Assembly: GCA_964620415.1 (NCBI GenBank)
Contig: CAZUHD010000001.1
Span: forward strand, 18,768 to 61,454
Length of the DNA: 42,687 nt
Origin: an uncultured Clostridium sp.
GTDB lineage: Bacteria; Bacillota; Clostridia; TANB77; CAG-508
Direction: 5' to 3'
Shown: in pieces, positions 10,328 through 22,263 of the stretch
Layout: each line of letters opens with the position of its first letter
Numbering within the stretch: the stretch's first letter is position 1
Notes under the pieces: generated by a model
The model's database searches: none
Told to the model about the DNA's origin: nothing
What the model saw: only the letters and a program-made list of their open reading frames with translations
Made by a program: the position numbers and the translations under genes

Positions 10328-10684
10328 TTATTTAAAAAACATATCAAACAACTTGTCCAAATCAAAAAATAAATCATTTGGTAAACATATTTTATATTTT
10401 TCACCAAATTCATTGATAAATTCATCTGATGGCTCTTTGTTTTTAATATATTCCTCTTCAATTTTATCTTTAATTTCATAATATGTTTCATAAGCATCTT
10501 TTTCTTCCACATATACTATACCAAACATTATGCCAAAATTTACATATATCTCATATAAATCATCTTTAGATGAAAATAAACTCACTTCAATTTTATCATC
10601 TGCAACATAATCTATCTCCAAATATGTATTTTTGTAATGTCTTCGTTCTTCTGAAAAATAATTTGTTACGTTTTTCCATTCCAT
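10328..10684 (-). CDS. Hypothetical protein
   Basis: 118-aa ORF with GGAG RBS. Confidence 0.7.
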   Translation of the reverse strand: MEWKNVTNYFSEERRHYKNTYLEIDYVADDKIEVSLFSSKDDLYEIYVNFGIMFGIVYVEEKDAYETYYEIKDKIEEEYIKNKEPSDEFINEFGEKYKICLPNDLFFDLDKLFDMFFK

Positions 10685-10783
10685 TTTATAATCTCCATAG
10701 CATTTTTTTATATTTTTTACATTTCAAAAATATTATATATGATTAATCAAAAATAATCAATAAAAATAAATGAATTTACACCA

Positions 10784-10874
10784 ATAAAGACATGAAAAAA
10801 TTTTTAGCCTATAAATGTAGTAGTATCAAATGATACAGAAATTCAAGCTATAAAAAATAATTTCATGTCTTTAT
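10784..10874. repeat. Long imperfect inverted repeat
   Basis: ATAAAGACATGAAA..TTTTTAGC / GCTATAAAAA..TTTCATGTCTTTAT. Confidence 0.6.
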
Positions 10875-10945
10875 CTTGGAAAAAGATTAGACTTCTTCTC
10901 ACCATTTTACTTATTTAGTATTCATAATTATTATTAATTTCATTT

Positions 10946-12325
10946 TCAGTATTTAAAAATTTTTTGTCTGTTTTGCTTCATTTTTTCTATATTAATTTTT
11001 GAAGAATAAACTTTTATTTTAATATCGTGGCTATAATTCTTTATTTCCTTATTGTTTATATTTTTAATAAAATCACGAATCATATTCATAAACTCATTAT
11101 TGTTTGTTTGTATAAAGATATATATAATCTCATTTTGATTTCCTAGACTTGTTGTATAGCATTTTGAATGATTTACGACTATTTTTACATCATTTGAATC
11201 ATTTTCAATATATTCAATATATTGTCCTGGAATATCAATTGATAAATTATCTGTCATTTGAACATTATATGTATCTTCTGCTTCTAAGTTATTTTCTTCT
11301 ATAATATTAAATTGGGTAGCACCAATAAGCATCATTCCTATACCTAGTCCTGCTAATATTAAAGAACTTATTAATAGTATTGCAATTCGTGTTTTATAGT
11401 TCTTTTTCCCTGCAATAAAGTTATATAAGATTTGTAATATTACAAAATTGATTATTAAAGCAGAAATTATTCCAAGTAATGCACCTACAAACAATATTCC
11501 TGTTTTTACAAATAAAAAACTTAGCACTAATAATGCTACTAACACTATAAATGACAAAGCAAAACCTATTCCCAATAATGCCGTTATTATTTTTATACAT
11601 ATTAACACAATCTTCATTATTCCAGTTAAGAATTTAGATTGTGAATGTTCTGGATCTCTTATAATAATTTTTTGCTTTTCTTTTCTTACAAATAGTTTTC
11701 TTTTTTCTCCTTTAGAATTTGATTTTTCTATAACTGTTTCTCCATTTTCATCTGAATCTATATCATTTTCTTTGACTATCTCATAATAGTCTAAATATCG
11801 TACTTTAAAAATATGTAATAAAATTATACTTACTACTACTAAAGCTAATACAATATAGATAGATTTTAAAATATCCAATATAGTATAATATATAGTATTA
11901 GGTAGCCTTCCAATTAATCCTGATAATACAACAGATCCTATATTTCCTATTATTGCAAATAAACAAACAAGAAAAATAATTATAAAAATCTGTTCCATAA
12001 AGCATTTTAATTTTTGTCTAAATTTCATATTAGAGAACATATCAACTGTTTTAGTAATAAATCCAAAAAAATCATCAATATACTTATTAATGTTTATTTT
12101 TGATTGTTTTGTTTCACTGATTTCTTTAATATTTTCGTTCATTAATTCATCAATATTGTAATTGAAAAGCTTACATAATAATAACACTTTATCCATTTCT
12201 GGATAACTCTGTCCTGATTCCCATTTTGAAACAGCCTGCCTTGACACACCCAATTTTTCTGCAAGTTGCTCTTGTGATAAATTGTTTTCTTTTCTGATAA
12301 TTTTTAAATTATCTGATAATAACAT
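10946..12325 (-). CDS. XRE-family HTH regulator fused to a multi-TM membrane domain
   Basis: LSQEQLAEKLGVSRQAVSKWESGQSYP followed by hydrophobic segments. Confidence 0.88.
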   Translation of the reverse strand: MLLSDNLKIIRKENNLSQEQLAEKLGVSRQAVSKWESGQSYPEMDKVLLLCKLFNYNIDELMNENIKEISETKQSKININKYIDDFFGFITKTVDMFSNMKFRQKLKCFMEQIFIIIFLVCLFAIIGNIGSVVLSGLIGRLPNTIYYTILDILKSIYIVLALVVVSIILLHIFKVRYLDYYEIVKENDIDSDENGETVIEKSNSKGEKRKLFVRKEKQKIIIRDPEHSQSKFLTGIMKIVLICIKIITALLGIGFALSFIVLVALLVLSFLFVKTGILFVGALLGIISALIINFVILQILYNFIAGKKNYKTRIAILLISSLILAGLGIGMMLIGATQFNIIEENNLEAEDTYNVQMTDNLSIDIPGQYIEYIENDSNDVKIVVNHSKCYTTSLGNQNEIIYIFIQTNNNEFMNMIRDFIKNINNKEIKNYSHDIKIKVYSSKINIEKMKQNRQKIFKY

Positions 12326-12450
12326 TTAAAATTCCTCCTTTCTTGCATAAAATTATATAGGTTCTACCAGTTGCATACTACCAATTTTTGGTTGTTTTTT
12401 GTCAATTTTCGGTTGCATTTTACATTATAACACATTTTTCAAATTAAAAA

Positions 12451-12476
12451 TAGGCTAGATTTTTGCTCTAGCCTTA
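12451..12476 (-). terminator. Terminator hairpin
   Basis: AGGCTAGA / TCTAGCCT followed by a T run on the minus strand. Confidence 0.55.
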
Positions 12477-12514
12477 TCATATTCATTTATATTTTGTATT
12501 GCTTTTATAATTAA

Positions 12515-13727
12515 TTATTGAAATTTAGTTATATCATCTATTTTTCCTGCAAAATATGGTCTATCTTTTCCTTTTTCTTTTAAAAAGATTGCAAATGTGT
12601 TATCTATTGAAAAATCCCTAATTTCATCAACCATCATTTCTGATTCATATTGTACCATCATTCCTGCTTCACTTTTAATCTTTCCTCCTGTCCTATCTAA
12701 TTCAAATTCTATTGTTTGAATTGCTTTTTCTATTTTATAAATATCTCCATTTGAAAATGAAAAGTCCTTATACTCTATCTCTGAAAATTCATTTTTTTCT
12801 TTTATTTTTATGTTTGGAACTTTTAGTATTTCACCTTCTTGAATATTTTTATCTCCTTTGTATTTTTCTTCTTGCCTTAATATATCTTCATAAATTTCTT
12901 TAAATGTATTTCCTTTTGGATTCTTACATAATATTACTTCATCTTCTTGTTTTGTTTTTAATTTTACTCCAAAGTCATCTTTTGAATTATAATAAAGAAC
13001 ATTAACTTGATTTTTTAATTCTTCTGATTCTTCTTTTATTCCAAAATATTTTACATTTTCATATTCTCCAAATTTTCCATTCTCTAGTTCTTCAAAAGCT
13101 TTTTCAAATTGAAATTCTTTTTTTAGCATTGCATATAAGAAATAATCTTTTGGATCTCTATTTTCCCAATCGAAGTCATCTAAAATATCACTTGTTTCAT
13201 TAAACTTATCTTTTATAGCTTTTTCTATTTCTTCTTTTAAAGCAATACTTGGCGTTCCCACTTTTTTATAATAATATTTGTCTGAAATGTCAGTCGTTTT
13301 AAATGTTTCTTTATTTAGATTTTCTACTACTTTTAATTGAGGATTAAATACAATATCTTGTTTTGCTAAATCATTTTTTAAATCATTCCATATTAATTGA
13401 AAAGTACCACACCATATTGTATTATTTTGAATTTCATCTTCTAATGTTAAAGCTGTTGTTATTCCGTTTAGAATTACTTTGATTTTGTTTTGTATCACTT
13501 TCATTCGTATTATTATATATTTCTTTACCAAGTATTTTTATTCCTACACCATCAATATATTTTATATCTGTTCCTTCTTCTACTGGTGCTAACTTGTGGT
13601 ATTTTGTTATTGTGTATAATAAAGCTTTATATTCCACACTACCACCATCTTTTAAGTGCATTGGTATAGGTAAAAGCAAAATGAGTGCAACTATAACAAT
13701 TATTAATATTATAACTTTTTTCTTCAT
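12515..13727 (-). CDS. Secreted or membrane-anchored hypothetical protein, with a +1 frameshift at CGG 13466-13464 (about 403 aa joined)
   Basis: Signal/TM plus LKDGGSVEYKALLY module joins via AAA-C-GGA to GITTALTLEDEIQNNTIWCGTFQLIWNDL. Confidence 0.72.
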
Positions 13728-13900
13728 AACTACTTACCTTTCTACATCATTTAATTTTTTCTAGTATTCTAATCATCATTTAAAAAATCTCGTTTTATAA
13801 TTGTGTAATTGTCATAAAAATATATCATTGAGCTATCTTCTTTATACATATCGCTTGTAATAACACTTTGTAAATATATCTACCTTTAATTAATACTTAC

Positions 13901-15130
13901 TTATTTGTTTTTTCCTAATAACCAGTCTAATACATTTATCTTCTTTATTCCTTCAAAATCAGCATTTAGGTCATCATCTAGTGTTAATATATATTTAGGA
14001 TAATTATCGCTTATCTTCTTTAATGGTGCTAATTCTCTTTCTAGTATACTATTATTTCCATCAGTAGATTCTCTTGTGGTCAATGCTACTTGATAATAAA
14101 TTGTATTTTCTGAATTTTTTGCTACAAAATCAACTTCTAAATCTTCATATTTTCCAATATAAACTTCATACCCACGTCTTAATAATTCAAGATAAACTAC
14201 ATTTTCTAATATATGTCCCATATCTTTACCAGAACCTTGACCTAGCATATAATACCTAAGTCCTATATCCACTGCATAATATTTTTCTTGTGTCTTTAAA
14301 AATTCTCTTCCTTTTATATCATATCTGTTTGCTTTATATACAATATAACTGTCTATGAGTGCTTGAACATAGGTCGAAACTGTATTATATGAACTATTTT
14401 TTTCTAACCCTTCAATATTATCGCTTATATTTTTCATACTAGTTCTATTTCCTATGTTATCATATAAATATTTAGTTACTCTTTCTAAGGTATTCTTATC
14501 TGTTATTCCTTTTTGCTGCATCACATCTTTAAATAGAATTGTATTATATATTCCATCTAAAAACAAATTTATATTTTCTGGATTTATTTTAAATAACTCT
14601 ACAGCTTGTGGAAATGAACTATATTGTAGGTAATCTCTAAATTTTCTTGATAAATCTGTTTTATCTTCAAATGCTGACAAATATTCTTTAAATGATAATG
14701 GTAACATTTTAATTTCTATATATCTTCCTGTAAGTAATGTTGCAAGTTCTGATGATAAAAGCCAAGCATTTGAACCAGTTATATACAAATCTACATCTTT
14801 ATTAATAAAAAGGCTATCTACAGTTTTTTCAAATTCGCCAACTTTTTGAACTTCATCCAGAAATATATATGTTTTTTTGCCATTTACCAATTTTGATTTT
14901 AAATATTCATATAACTTTTTTCTATCTTGTAATTCTTCATAATCTGCATTTTCAAAATTTATTGATATAATTTGATTGCCTTCTACTCCATTTTCTTTCA
15001 AATAATCTTGAAATAGCTCTAATAAAGTAGATTTCCCACATCTTCTAATTCCTGTTATTACTTTTATAATTTGTTGATCTTTGAAGTTTCTTAATATAGA
15101 TAAATAATCTTCTCTTTTTATTTTTTCCAT
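13901..15130 (-). CDS. AAA-family ATPase with DUF4143-type C-terminal domain
   Basis: Walker A GIRRCGKS, Walker B FLDEVQ, ITGSNA, LENVVYLEL and EVDF motifs. Confidence 0.9.
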   Translation of the reverse strand: MEKIKREDYLSILRNFKDQQIIKVITGIRRCGKSTLLELFQDYLKENGVEGNQIISINFENADYEELQDRKKLYEYLKSKLVNGKKTYIFLDEVQKVGEFEKTVDSLFINKDVDLYITGSNAWLLSSELATLLTGRYIEIKMLPLSFKEYLSAFEDKTDLSRKFRDYLQYSSFPQAVELFKINPENINLFLDGIYNTILFKDVMQQKGITDKNTLERVTKYLYDNIGNRTSMKNISDNIEGLEKNSSYNTVSTYVQALIDSYIVYKANRYDIKGREFLKTQEKYYAVDIGLRYYMLGQGSGKDMGHILENVVYLELLRRGYEVYIGKYEDLEVDFVAKNSENTIYYQVALTTRESTDGNNSILERELAPLKKISDNYPKYILTLDDDLNADFEGIKKINVLDWLLGKNK

Positions 15131-15428
15131 AAGACTTCCTCCAACTACTCTATATTATACTCTTATTTTTTATTATAGTCAAGTTTTTTCAAAATTATGA
15201 AAAAACTTTTGGATTTTTGCAAGTTTTTTCATCATCTTCATATAATAGTGGATTAACTTGTTTATGATTATGGTAATGTCAATAATACAACTTTTTAAAT
15301 TCACATTTTTTGATATTTCTTGTGTATTCAAATTTATTAATTTTTTAATGTTCTTTAATAATAGAAAATGCTAGCAAATATTTGTTAGCATTTTCACAAT
15401 TTTTAACTATCATAATTATATTAATTTA

Positions 15429-18054
15429 TTATATTTTTTCTTTTATAATATCTGATATATTTTCTCTATTTATTTGTTTCTTAGCATACCATATACTAAT
15501 AAATATAATAGCAAATACTGTTATTATTGTCGAAATCAAAATTGGTAACGAAATAGTAAATGGATATAACGTGGTGTCTACCATCCTCGTGTATAAAACA
15601 TATAGAATTGGTATACTAATACCCAAACCCATAATTAACGAGATTGTCCCATAAAATAATCCTTCAAGTCTAAGCATTTTATTAATCTGTTTTTTTGACA
15701 TTCCTATTGCTTTTAGCTCAGCTAATTCAATTTTTCTTGATGTTATATTAGACACCACTATATTAAACACATTTATAATACTTAATATACAAATTAAGAA
15801 AATGAAACTATATAGCAATATTTCTTTTATAAGTACCTCATTAGCTTTTGACTTTTGTTCTATAGAATGATTCCTACTTTGTATTCTTGTTAATCCTTCA
15901 TATTTTGGACTCAATGAAGATACCATTTGATCTAAGCCTTGTGGATTTGAAGTAAACACATAATAGTTATAGTTAATATCCATATCCACATTTAATGTTT
16001 TAAAAAATAACTTCCTAAAAGTCTCTGGATTTACAATTAAATTTAATTCATTTCCAAAAAGACCTTGATTTGCCCCCTTCGGAATCTCATTTGTAACACA
16101 TTGTATTTTTAAATCTATTTCTTTATTCTGAGAAACATTTCCTCCCATTTGAGCACTTATTTGATTTGAATATTCAATATCTTCTGGGCTCTGACTGTTA
16201 GTATTTAATGTCAATGTATCACCTACGGAATAATTGGTCAAATATAACTCATCATAATATTTTGTTTTTTTATTAGAATAATTAACCAATATACATTCAT
16301 CATCATTTAACGATGTATTAATTCCAGTTTGTTTTAAATATTCTGAATAATATGGCTCATCAAAAGTAATTACATAACACAGTAATTTCTCAGGCTCACC
16401 CAACAATCGAATTGGACCCTTTCTCCCTTTTATTTTTTCTGATGATACTTCTATTTTTTGTGAAGCAGTCCTTAATGAATCATTTATTTCACTTTCATCA
16501 GGATACAAATATAATAGATTTAGGTTCATCTTTCCATATATAGAATCAATTAAATCAAATTGATTTAAAGTTTCTAATATTTCTTGAGAATAATCTTCTT
16601 CATTTTCTCTGTAAAAGAATAGTTCATAATTATAGTCTAAATTTTCATATTGATTATAAACACTTAAATTTTCTATATATCCAGTTATACTTATAAATAG
16701 TACTATACTTATTGTAAGTGAAATTATCATTGTAATAAATTTATAACGACTTCTTTTTACATTTTTATATGCTAGTTCTCCTTGTATTTTAAACAATTTA
16801 GTTATTAATTTTGGAGTTTTCTTTGATGATTTACTAATTTTATTAAATTTTGTCTGCCTTATCATATCTATTATAGTAGTTTTACTTGCATTTATAATAG
16901 GTGCAAGTATTGATAAAAATACAATGACTACTACTAACACAATAGAAGCACATACCGTAAAGCCTGAAAAAATTAGCTGTAAATTAACCTCTTTTGTAGG
17001 CTTTAGTGTTGTATTTAAAATATTTCCTTGTATTGATTTAAACAAATTGTCAAAAATATTTATTAGCAATTTATCTATTCCAAAACTTATTAGTAACCCT
17101 AAAGGAATAGCAATGCAAGTAATTATTAGACCTTCTATAAAGTAAATTTTAAATATTTGTTTTCTAGTTGCACCAATCGAAGAAAGAGATGCAATATATT
17201 TTTTCTTTTCTCCCATTGATATATTAAAAATAGTATATATTAATGCTATCGATGATATAGCTATAATTCCTATCAATAAACCGAACAGCTATTATAATGC
17301 TTGTTTGAAATTCTGACCCTTCTTTTGCTACACAAGCATAAGAAAGCAATTCCTCATTATATCTTATACCAATAATTGCATTTGGGTTGTTTGATTTTAT
17401 CTCATTTTCTATCCTTGTAGCTGTATTATATACATCAGAAATATCATTACTTATTATTGAAGCACTTACAATAGTTGAATCATTAATATTTGCTTTATCA
17501 CATAGGGTTATTGCTCCATTTATTGCTATTTTTCCTATATAATTAAATTCATCAAAATCTGTATTTTCTAGTTGTCCTACTATTGTATATGTAAGCTCAC
17601 TATCTCCAATGGTTGCTGTTATACTATCCCCAATTTCAAAGCTCATATCTTCATTTATAATAATTTCATTTGAAGTTTGTGGTAATCTGCCTTTTTTTAA
17701 ATTTATATTCAAATTTTCTAATGCACTATTATCATAGGCTTTTATATGTATTAATTCTGTAAATCCCTTACTATAACTATTGTCTGATATACCTAAATCT
17801 TGTACGACTGATACTTGTTTTACATTTTTATCATTTTCCATATATTCGAGATTGTCATATTCTATATTATCAAAAAATATTTCCCAATTTTCCTTATTTC
17901 TTGATAAATTAACTATATAGTCTTGATAACTTAAAGCTAAAGTAGAAATAGAATTTATTAATATAGTAATAACAATTATTCCTATTATCATAATCAAGGT
18001 CATTTTTTTATTACTTTTTAATTCTTTTATTGCCATAGAGGATATATTATTCAT
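15429..18054 (-). CDS. FtsX/MacB-like ABC transporter permease, with a +1 frameshift at CGG 17283-17281 (about 874 aa joined)
   Basis: GRLPQTSNEII; SLSSIGATRKQI and ELKAIGMSKKQI FtsX signatures; a TM helix is restored as IIIAV-GLLIGIIAISSI. Confidence 0.88.
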
Positions 18055-18055
18055 A

Positions 18056-18734
18056 TTATTGCACCTCATCTTTTATAATTTTTCCATCTTGAAGAGATAT
18101 AATTCTTTTTGCCTGTTTTGCAATCTCCATATTATGTGTTACAAGTATTATTGTTTGTTTATATTTTTCGTTATATTCCTTTAATAATTTAACAATTTCT
18201 ATCGAATTTTTACTGTCCAAGTTTCCGAGTTGGTTCATCTGCAAGTAAAATTTTTGCCTCATTTATTAAAGCCCTTGCAATTGCTACTCTTTGCTGTTCT
18301 CCACCAGATAATTGATTAGGAAGTTTGTCTTTTTTCTCTGTTAATCCTAAAATATTTATTAGTTCTTCTAGTTTTGTATCATTCACTTTACGATTATCTA
18401 AAAGGCTTGGTAATAATATATTTTCTCTAACATTTAAAATTGGTATTAAATTATAGAATTGAAATATTAAGCTTACCTTTCTTCTTCTATATTTTGCTAA
18501 ATCTTCATCTGATAAATTACTAATATCTTGATTATCTACTAATACTTTTCCAGTACTTGATTTATCAATTCCTCCTAAAATATGTAATAATGTAGATTTT
18601 CCTGAACCACTTGCCCCTATAATAGATATAAATTCTCCCTGTTCCACTGAAAATGATATATCATCTAGTGCTTTTACCTTTGTTTCATCTTGTCCATAAT
18701 ATTTGCTTAAATTTTCTACTTTTAATATTTCCAT
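18056..18734 (-). CDS. LolD/MacB-type ABC transporter ATP-binding protein, with a +1 frameshift at CGG 18227-18225 (about 225 aa joined)
   Basis: GASGSGKST, LSGGEQQRVAIARA, LLADEPT then +1 GNLDSKNS..VTHN. Confidence 0.93.
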
Positions 18735-18938
18735 ATACTCCTCCTCGTTTTTATTTTATTATAATTCATGTGTTTTGTCCAAAGTTTTTTATTTAATTCA
18801 CAGGACTATATAAAATTTTTTTATACTGATCTTTCTTCCCACCACAATAAAAATCATTAAATGCTTTTGCTCCCTTATTTTGTTTAATATCCTGACATTG
18901 TTATCCCCTTTTTTCTTACACAAATTATTGTGAAATGG

Positions 18939-18970
18939 AAAAAGCCAACATCTTTTGAATGCTGACTTTT
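18939..18970 (-). terminator. Terminator-like hairpin downstream of the SEC-C gene
   Basis: AAAAGTCAGCATTC..GATGTTGGCTTTTT on the minus strand. Confidence 0.6.
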
Positions 18971-19030
18971 ATGTAGCCTTACCTACAATGGTAAAACGTA
19001 AATTTTGAAGTTTCAATATTTTTAAGGATT

Positions 19031-21361
19031 TTAGGCATTTCTACCACAGCATTTTTTATATTTTTTTCCGCTTCCACATGGACATAATTCATTCCTTCCA
19101 ATTTTTCTTTCTTCTTTTTCTTCTTTTGGAATATTTTTTTCCTTAATATTTCCCTTTAAATCCCACTGAGGCATTTGATCTGAAACATCTATTATCATAT
19201 TAATTAATTTACAATATATTAAGTTTTCATTTGGATCTTTTACTGTAAAATGATCTTTTATATTTTTATTTAAATCAAATCTCGCCGTTAGTTCATTTTT
19301 TTGTCGCTCAAAATGATAACTATCTATTAAATCTTCTATATCTAAAAATTCATTATAATTTGTAAAGTTTTCCTGAACATATTTTCTAAGCTTTTTATAG
19401 GCGCTGGTTCTTCTCTCATAAGTAAGGTTTGTTAATTCAATATAGTCATTATATGTATATATTTTATATTCTCCTTCTTTTTCTAGCAGTTGTTGTATAA
19501 AGTGAACACCTAAATTCTCTATACTTAATAATTCATCTTCTACAATATTAGTAAACATCATACAATATTTCGTATTGCCATTGTAATTTATTATATCTGC
19601 AAACTCATCAAAATAATTTAAATAATCTGATTTTACAATTGAAACTATTTTTCTTGCTTGTGTTTTTGTAATAACTCCATAACTATATGCAATTCCTCCC
19701 AAAAGATTCCTTAAATCTAATATTTTCTTTGTATTATATGTGTTAAATAAATTTTTAATAATTTTTAAAGTATCTTTTGGAATATGTACTTGTATAATTT
19801 CTTCCTTATTTCTTTCTATTTCTCTTGTAAATATAAATCCTTTTTTTATTAAATTATCTAGTAAATTAAAAAAATCATTATCTAAATCCTTTTTAACTAG
19901 CTCCATATATCCTTCATGTTTTATAACATCATTTATAAAACTAAATTCACTCTCTTCTAATGTTGCAAAATTATGTTTTAATATTTCTTCTTTATTTTCT
20001 TCTATATATTCAATTAATAATTCTTTTCTATTTGATAGTCTTTCTATTTTATTTTTCATGCAATATACTTCACATAAATTTTCTAAATCTGCTTGAGTTT
20101 TTTGAGCTAGATACGTAACAAACTTTTTAGATTTATTAATATTATATTGCTTAAAATAAATTGTTTTAGTATATGAAATTGTGCCATCTTCTTCTACTTT
20201 TCCATATTTTTCACTGAGATAATCTGGATATATATCTGCAAGTCTTAAAAAATCTCTATCTTTGAATTTTATCTCTAAGTTATCTTCTATTTTATCTATT
20301 TCTTCATCAGTTAAATATGCTCCTATTTCAAAAGGCTTAAACCCTCTATATTTATATAATCTTGTGTCGTGATACATTCTTATTATATATTCCATAATAA
20401 GAGTTTTATTTGAATTAGATAAAATAGGGATATATTCATGCACTTCTTTTAAAATTTTATTTGCATCAAATTGTAATTGTTCTCTTATCATTCTTGTAAT
20501 TTGTAAAGGCATATTTTCTTCTATATCTGGTTCAAAACTCTTTACATATTCTAATAGTTCCATTCCAATTGGTGAAATAGGATGTTCTCCCATATTATAT
20601 AAATCAATTACACTTCTATCATTCATGTCGAATGAATTACATTCATTTTCTTTTTGTATTTCTAAAAATTTTTCTGCCTTATCTTTTGTAATTAAATAAT
20701 ATACATAACAATTTTTATTTTTATAAAAATTGCCAAATATTATTTCTAGCCCATTGACATAAAAATTAAAATCCTTATAATTTATATTTATATCATAATT
20801 TTCCCTATATATTTTATAAAGTTCATCATCCTTTATAACTCCACACATATTAATAATATTTCTTATTTTTTTAATATGTGTTTCTTTGTCTATATTTTTT
20901 ACTGTTTTGTTCACAATTTCTTTTATTTCTTGTGGAATATAAAATTCGGCATCTTCGTTATTTTTTATCTTAAAACATAGACCTAACTTACACATCTTTG
21001 TAATTAATTTTATGTTTTTTTTAGTTTTATTGATGTTATCCATTTTTATCATATTACTTAATGTTTTTTTATCATCTTTATCAAAAAAATTAAGCATTTT
21101 TTCTATGTTTTTTTCTGTATAGTTTTTTACTAGTTCACTTACTTCCTCTTTTTCATCTGAACATGATATTTGATACAATTTTTTTAGGTTTTCTCTTATT
21201 AATTTATCTGAAGTATCAATACATTGTTCCAATGTTTCATATTTTGTTGTATATTTTAAGTTATTTAATAGAAATTCATAATATGTCTTTTCTATGTCCA
21301 TATCCTTGTCTAATATTTGATTTAGGTATTCATCGTCTTGTTTCATCTTCAATTTCTCCAA
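19031..21361 (-). CDS. Large protein with a C-terminal SEC-C metal-binding motif
   Basis: KIGRNELCPCGSGKKYKKCCG. Confidence 0.85.
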   Translation of the reverse strand: MEKLKMKQDDEYLNQILDKDMDIEKTYYEFLLNNLKYTTKYETLEQCIDTSDKLIRENLKKLYQISCSDEKEEVSELVKNYTEKNIEKMLNFFDKDDKKTLSNMIKMDNINKTKKNIKLITKMCKLGLCFKIKNNEDAEFYIPQEIKEIVNKTVKNIDKETHIKKIRNIINMCGVIKDDELYKIYRENYDININYKDFNFYVNGLEIIFGNFYKNKNCYVYYLITKDKAEKFLEIQKENECNSFDMNDRSVIDLYNMGEHPISPIGMELLEYVKSFEPDIEENMPLQITRMIREQLQFDANKILKEVHEYIPILSNSNKTLIMEYIIRMYHDTRLYKYRGFKPFEIGAYLTDEEIDKIEDNLEIKFKDRDFLRLADIYPDYLSEKYGKVEEDGTISYTKTIYFKQYNINKSKKFVTYLAQKTQADLENLCEVYCMKNKIERLSNRKELLIEYIEENKEEILKHNFATLEESEFSFINDVIKHEGYMELVKKDLDNDFFNLLDNLIKKGFIFTREIERNKEEIIQVHIPKDTLKIIKNLFNTYNTKKILDLRNLLGGIAYSYGVITKTQARKIVSIVKSDYLNYFDEFADIINYNGNTKYCMMFTNIVEDELLSIENLGVHFIQQLLEKEGEYKIYTYNDYIELTNLTYERRTSAYKKLRKYVQENFTNYNEFLDIEDLIDSYHFERQKNELTARFDLNKNIKDHFTVKDPNENLIYCKLINMIIDVSDQMPQWDLKGNIKEKNIPKEEKEERKIGRNELCPCGSGKKYKKCCGRNA

Positions 21362-22212
21362 TTCTTTTTTAATTTATTATAATTTATTTCTAAAATATTT
21401 TCATATCTTAACTTTAATATCTTTTTATAAAATTCTTTTCTTATATTTGTTATATATGGTGTTTCATCTATAATTAGGTTAATTTTGTTTAAATCTATTT
21501 GAGGGAATAATTTTAAAAGAGCCTTATTACAATCTTCATTTTGAAGATTGCTAATATATTCAAAATAATTAATTTTTTTGTCGTTTATCTTTAAACTAGA
21601 TGTTGGAAAAATATATACTCTTGCTTTCATTTCTTCCTCATCATTTATAATGCTTTCTATCATTTCATCTGTTAATTGAGGATATAGGCAAGATGCACAA
21701 TCATATATAGGAGCAATCTCAACTTTTTTTAGATCTTCATTTATTAAAAAGCCCCAATTGCCATTATGTCTGTCGAAATTTCCAACTAAACTATCAGCTA
21801 TAAACATTTGCCAGAAAAACTCTTTTAATTTTTTATTATCATATATTAATTGATTTTCTATAGTTTCTATTACTTCACTTAATTCTGTACCATAACCATT
21901 TTTTGAAGTTTCAATTTGACTATTTTTTAATTCAGCAAATTGTTTTAATATATTTCCTTTAGATGTAAAATCCTTACATGCTACTACAATTTTTTCATTA
22001 CCATTTATGTTATATGTACCTAATATTGTATCTTGTACTTTCAAACCTAATGTTTTAAAAATATTACACACTATATGTTCTGTTATTCCTTCATTTATGT
22101 TTGGAAATTTTAACATATAATCCTCGTTATTATATGTTATACATATTTTTCCACCATTTTTTCCACCATAGTATTTATAATTATTTATTTTACATCTTGT
22201 AAAATCTACCAT
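21349..22212 (-). CDS. HipA-like/CtkA-like Ser/Thr kinase (putative toxin)
   Basis: YGGKNGGK, YMLKFP, GNFDRHNGNWG and APIYD motifs. Confidence 0.85.
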   Translation of the reverse strand: MVDFTRCKINNYKYYGGKNGGKICITYNNEDYMLKFPNINEGITEHIVCNIFKTLGLKVQDTILGTYNINGNEKIVVACKDFTSKGNILKQFAELKNSQIETSKNGYGTELSEVIETIENQLIYDNKKLKEFFWQMFIADSLVGNFDRHNGNWGFLINEDLKKVEIAPIYDCASCLYPQLTDEMIESIINDEEEMKARVYIFPTSSLKINDKKINYFEYISNLQNEDCNKALLKLFPQIDLNKINLIIDETPYITNIRKEFYKKILKLRYENILEINYNKLKKNWRN

Positions 22213-22263
22213 TTAAAAATCATTCCCTTCTTAGCCAGTTCATAAGGTACATATAAAATTAGA

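Noticed and set aside
10279-10512. 77-aa ORF overlapping 10328-10684 as another frameshift partner
   Set aside because: No CGG in the overlap, and the main ORF looks complete
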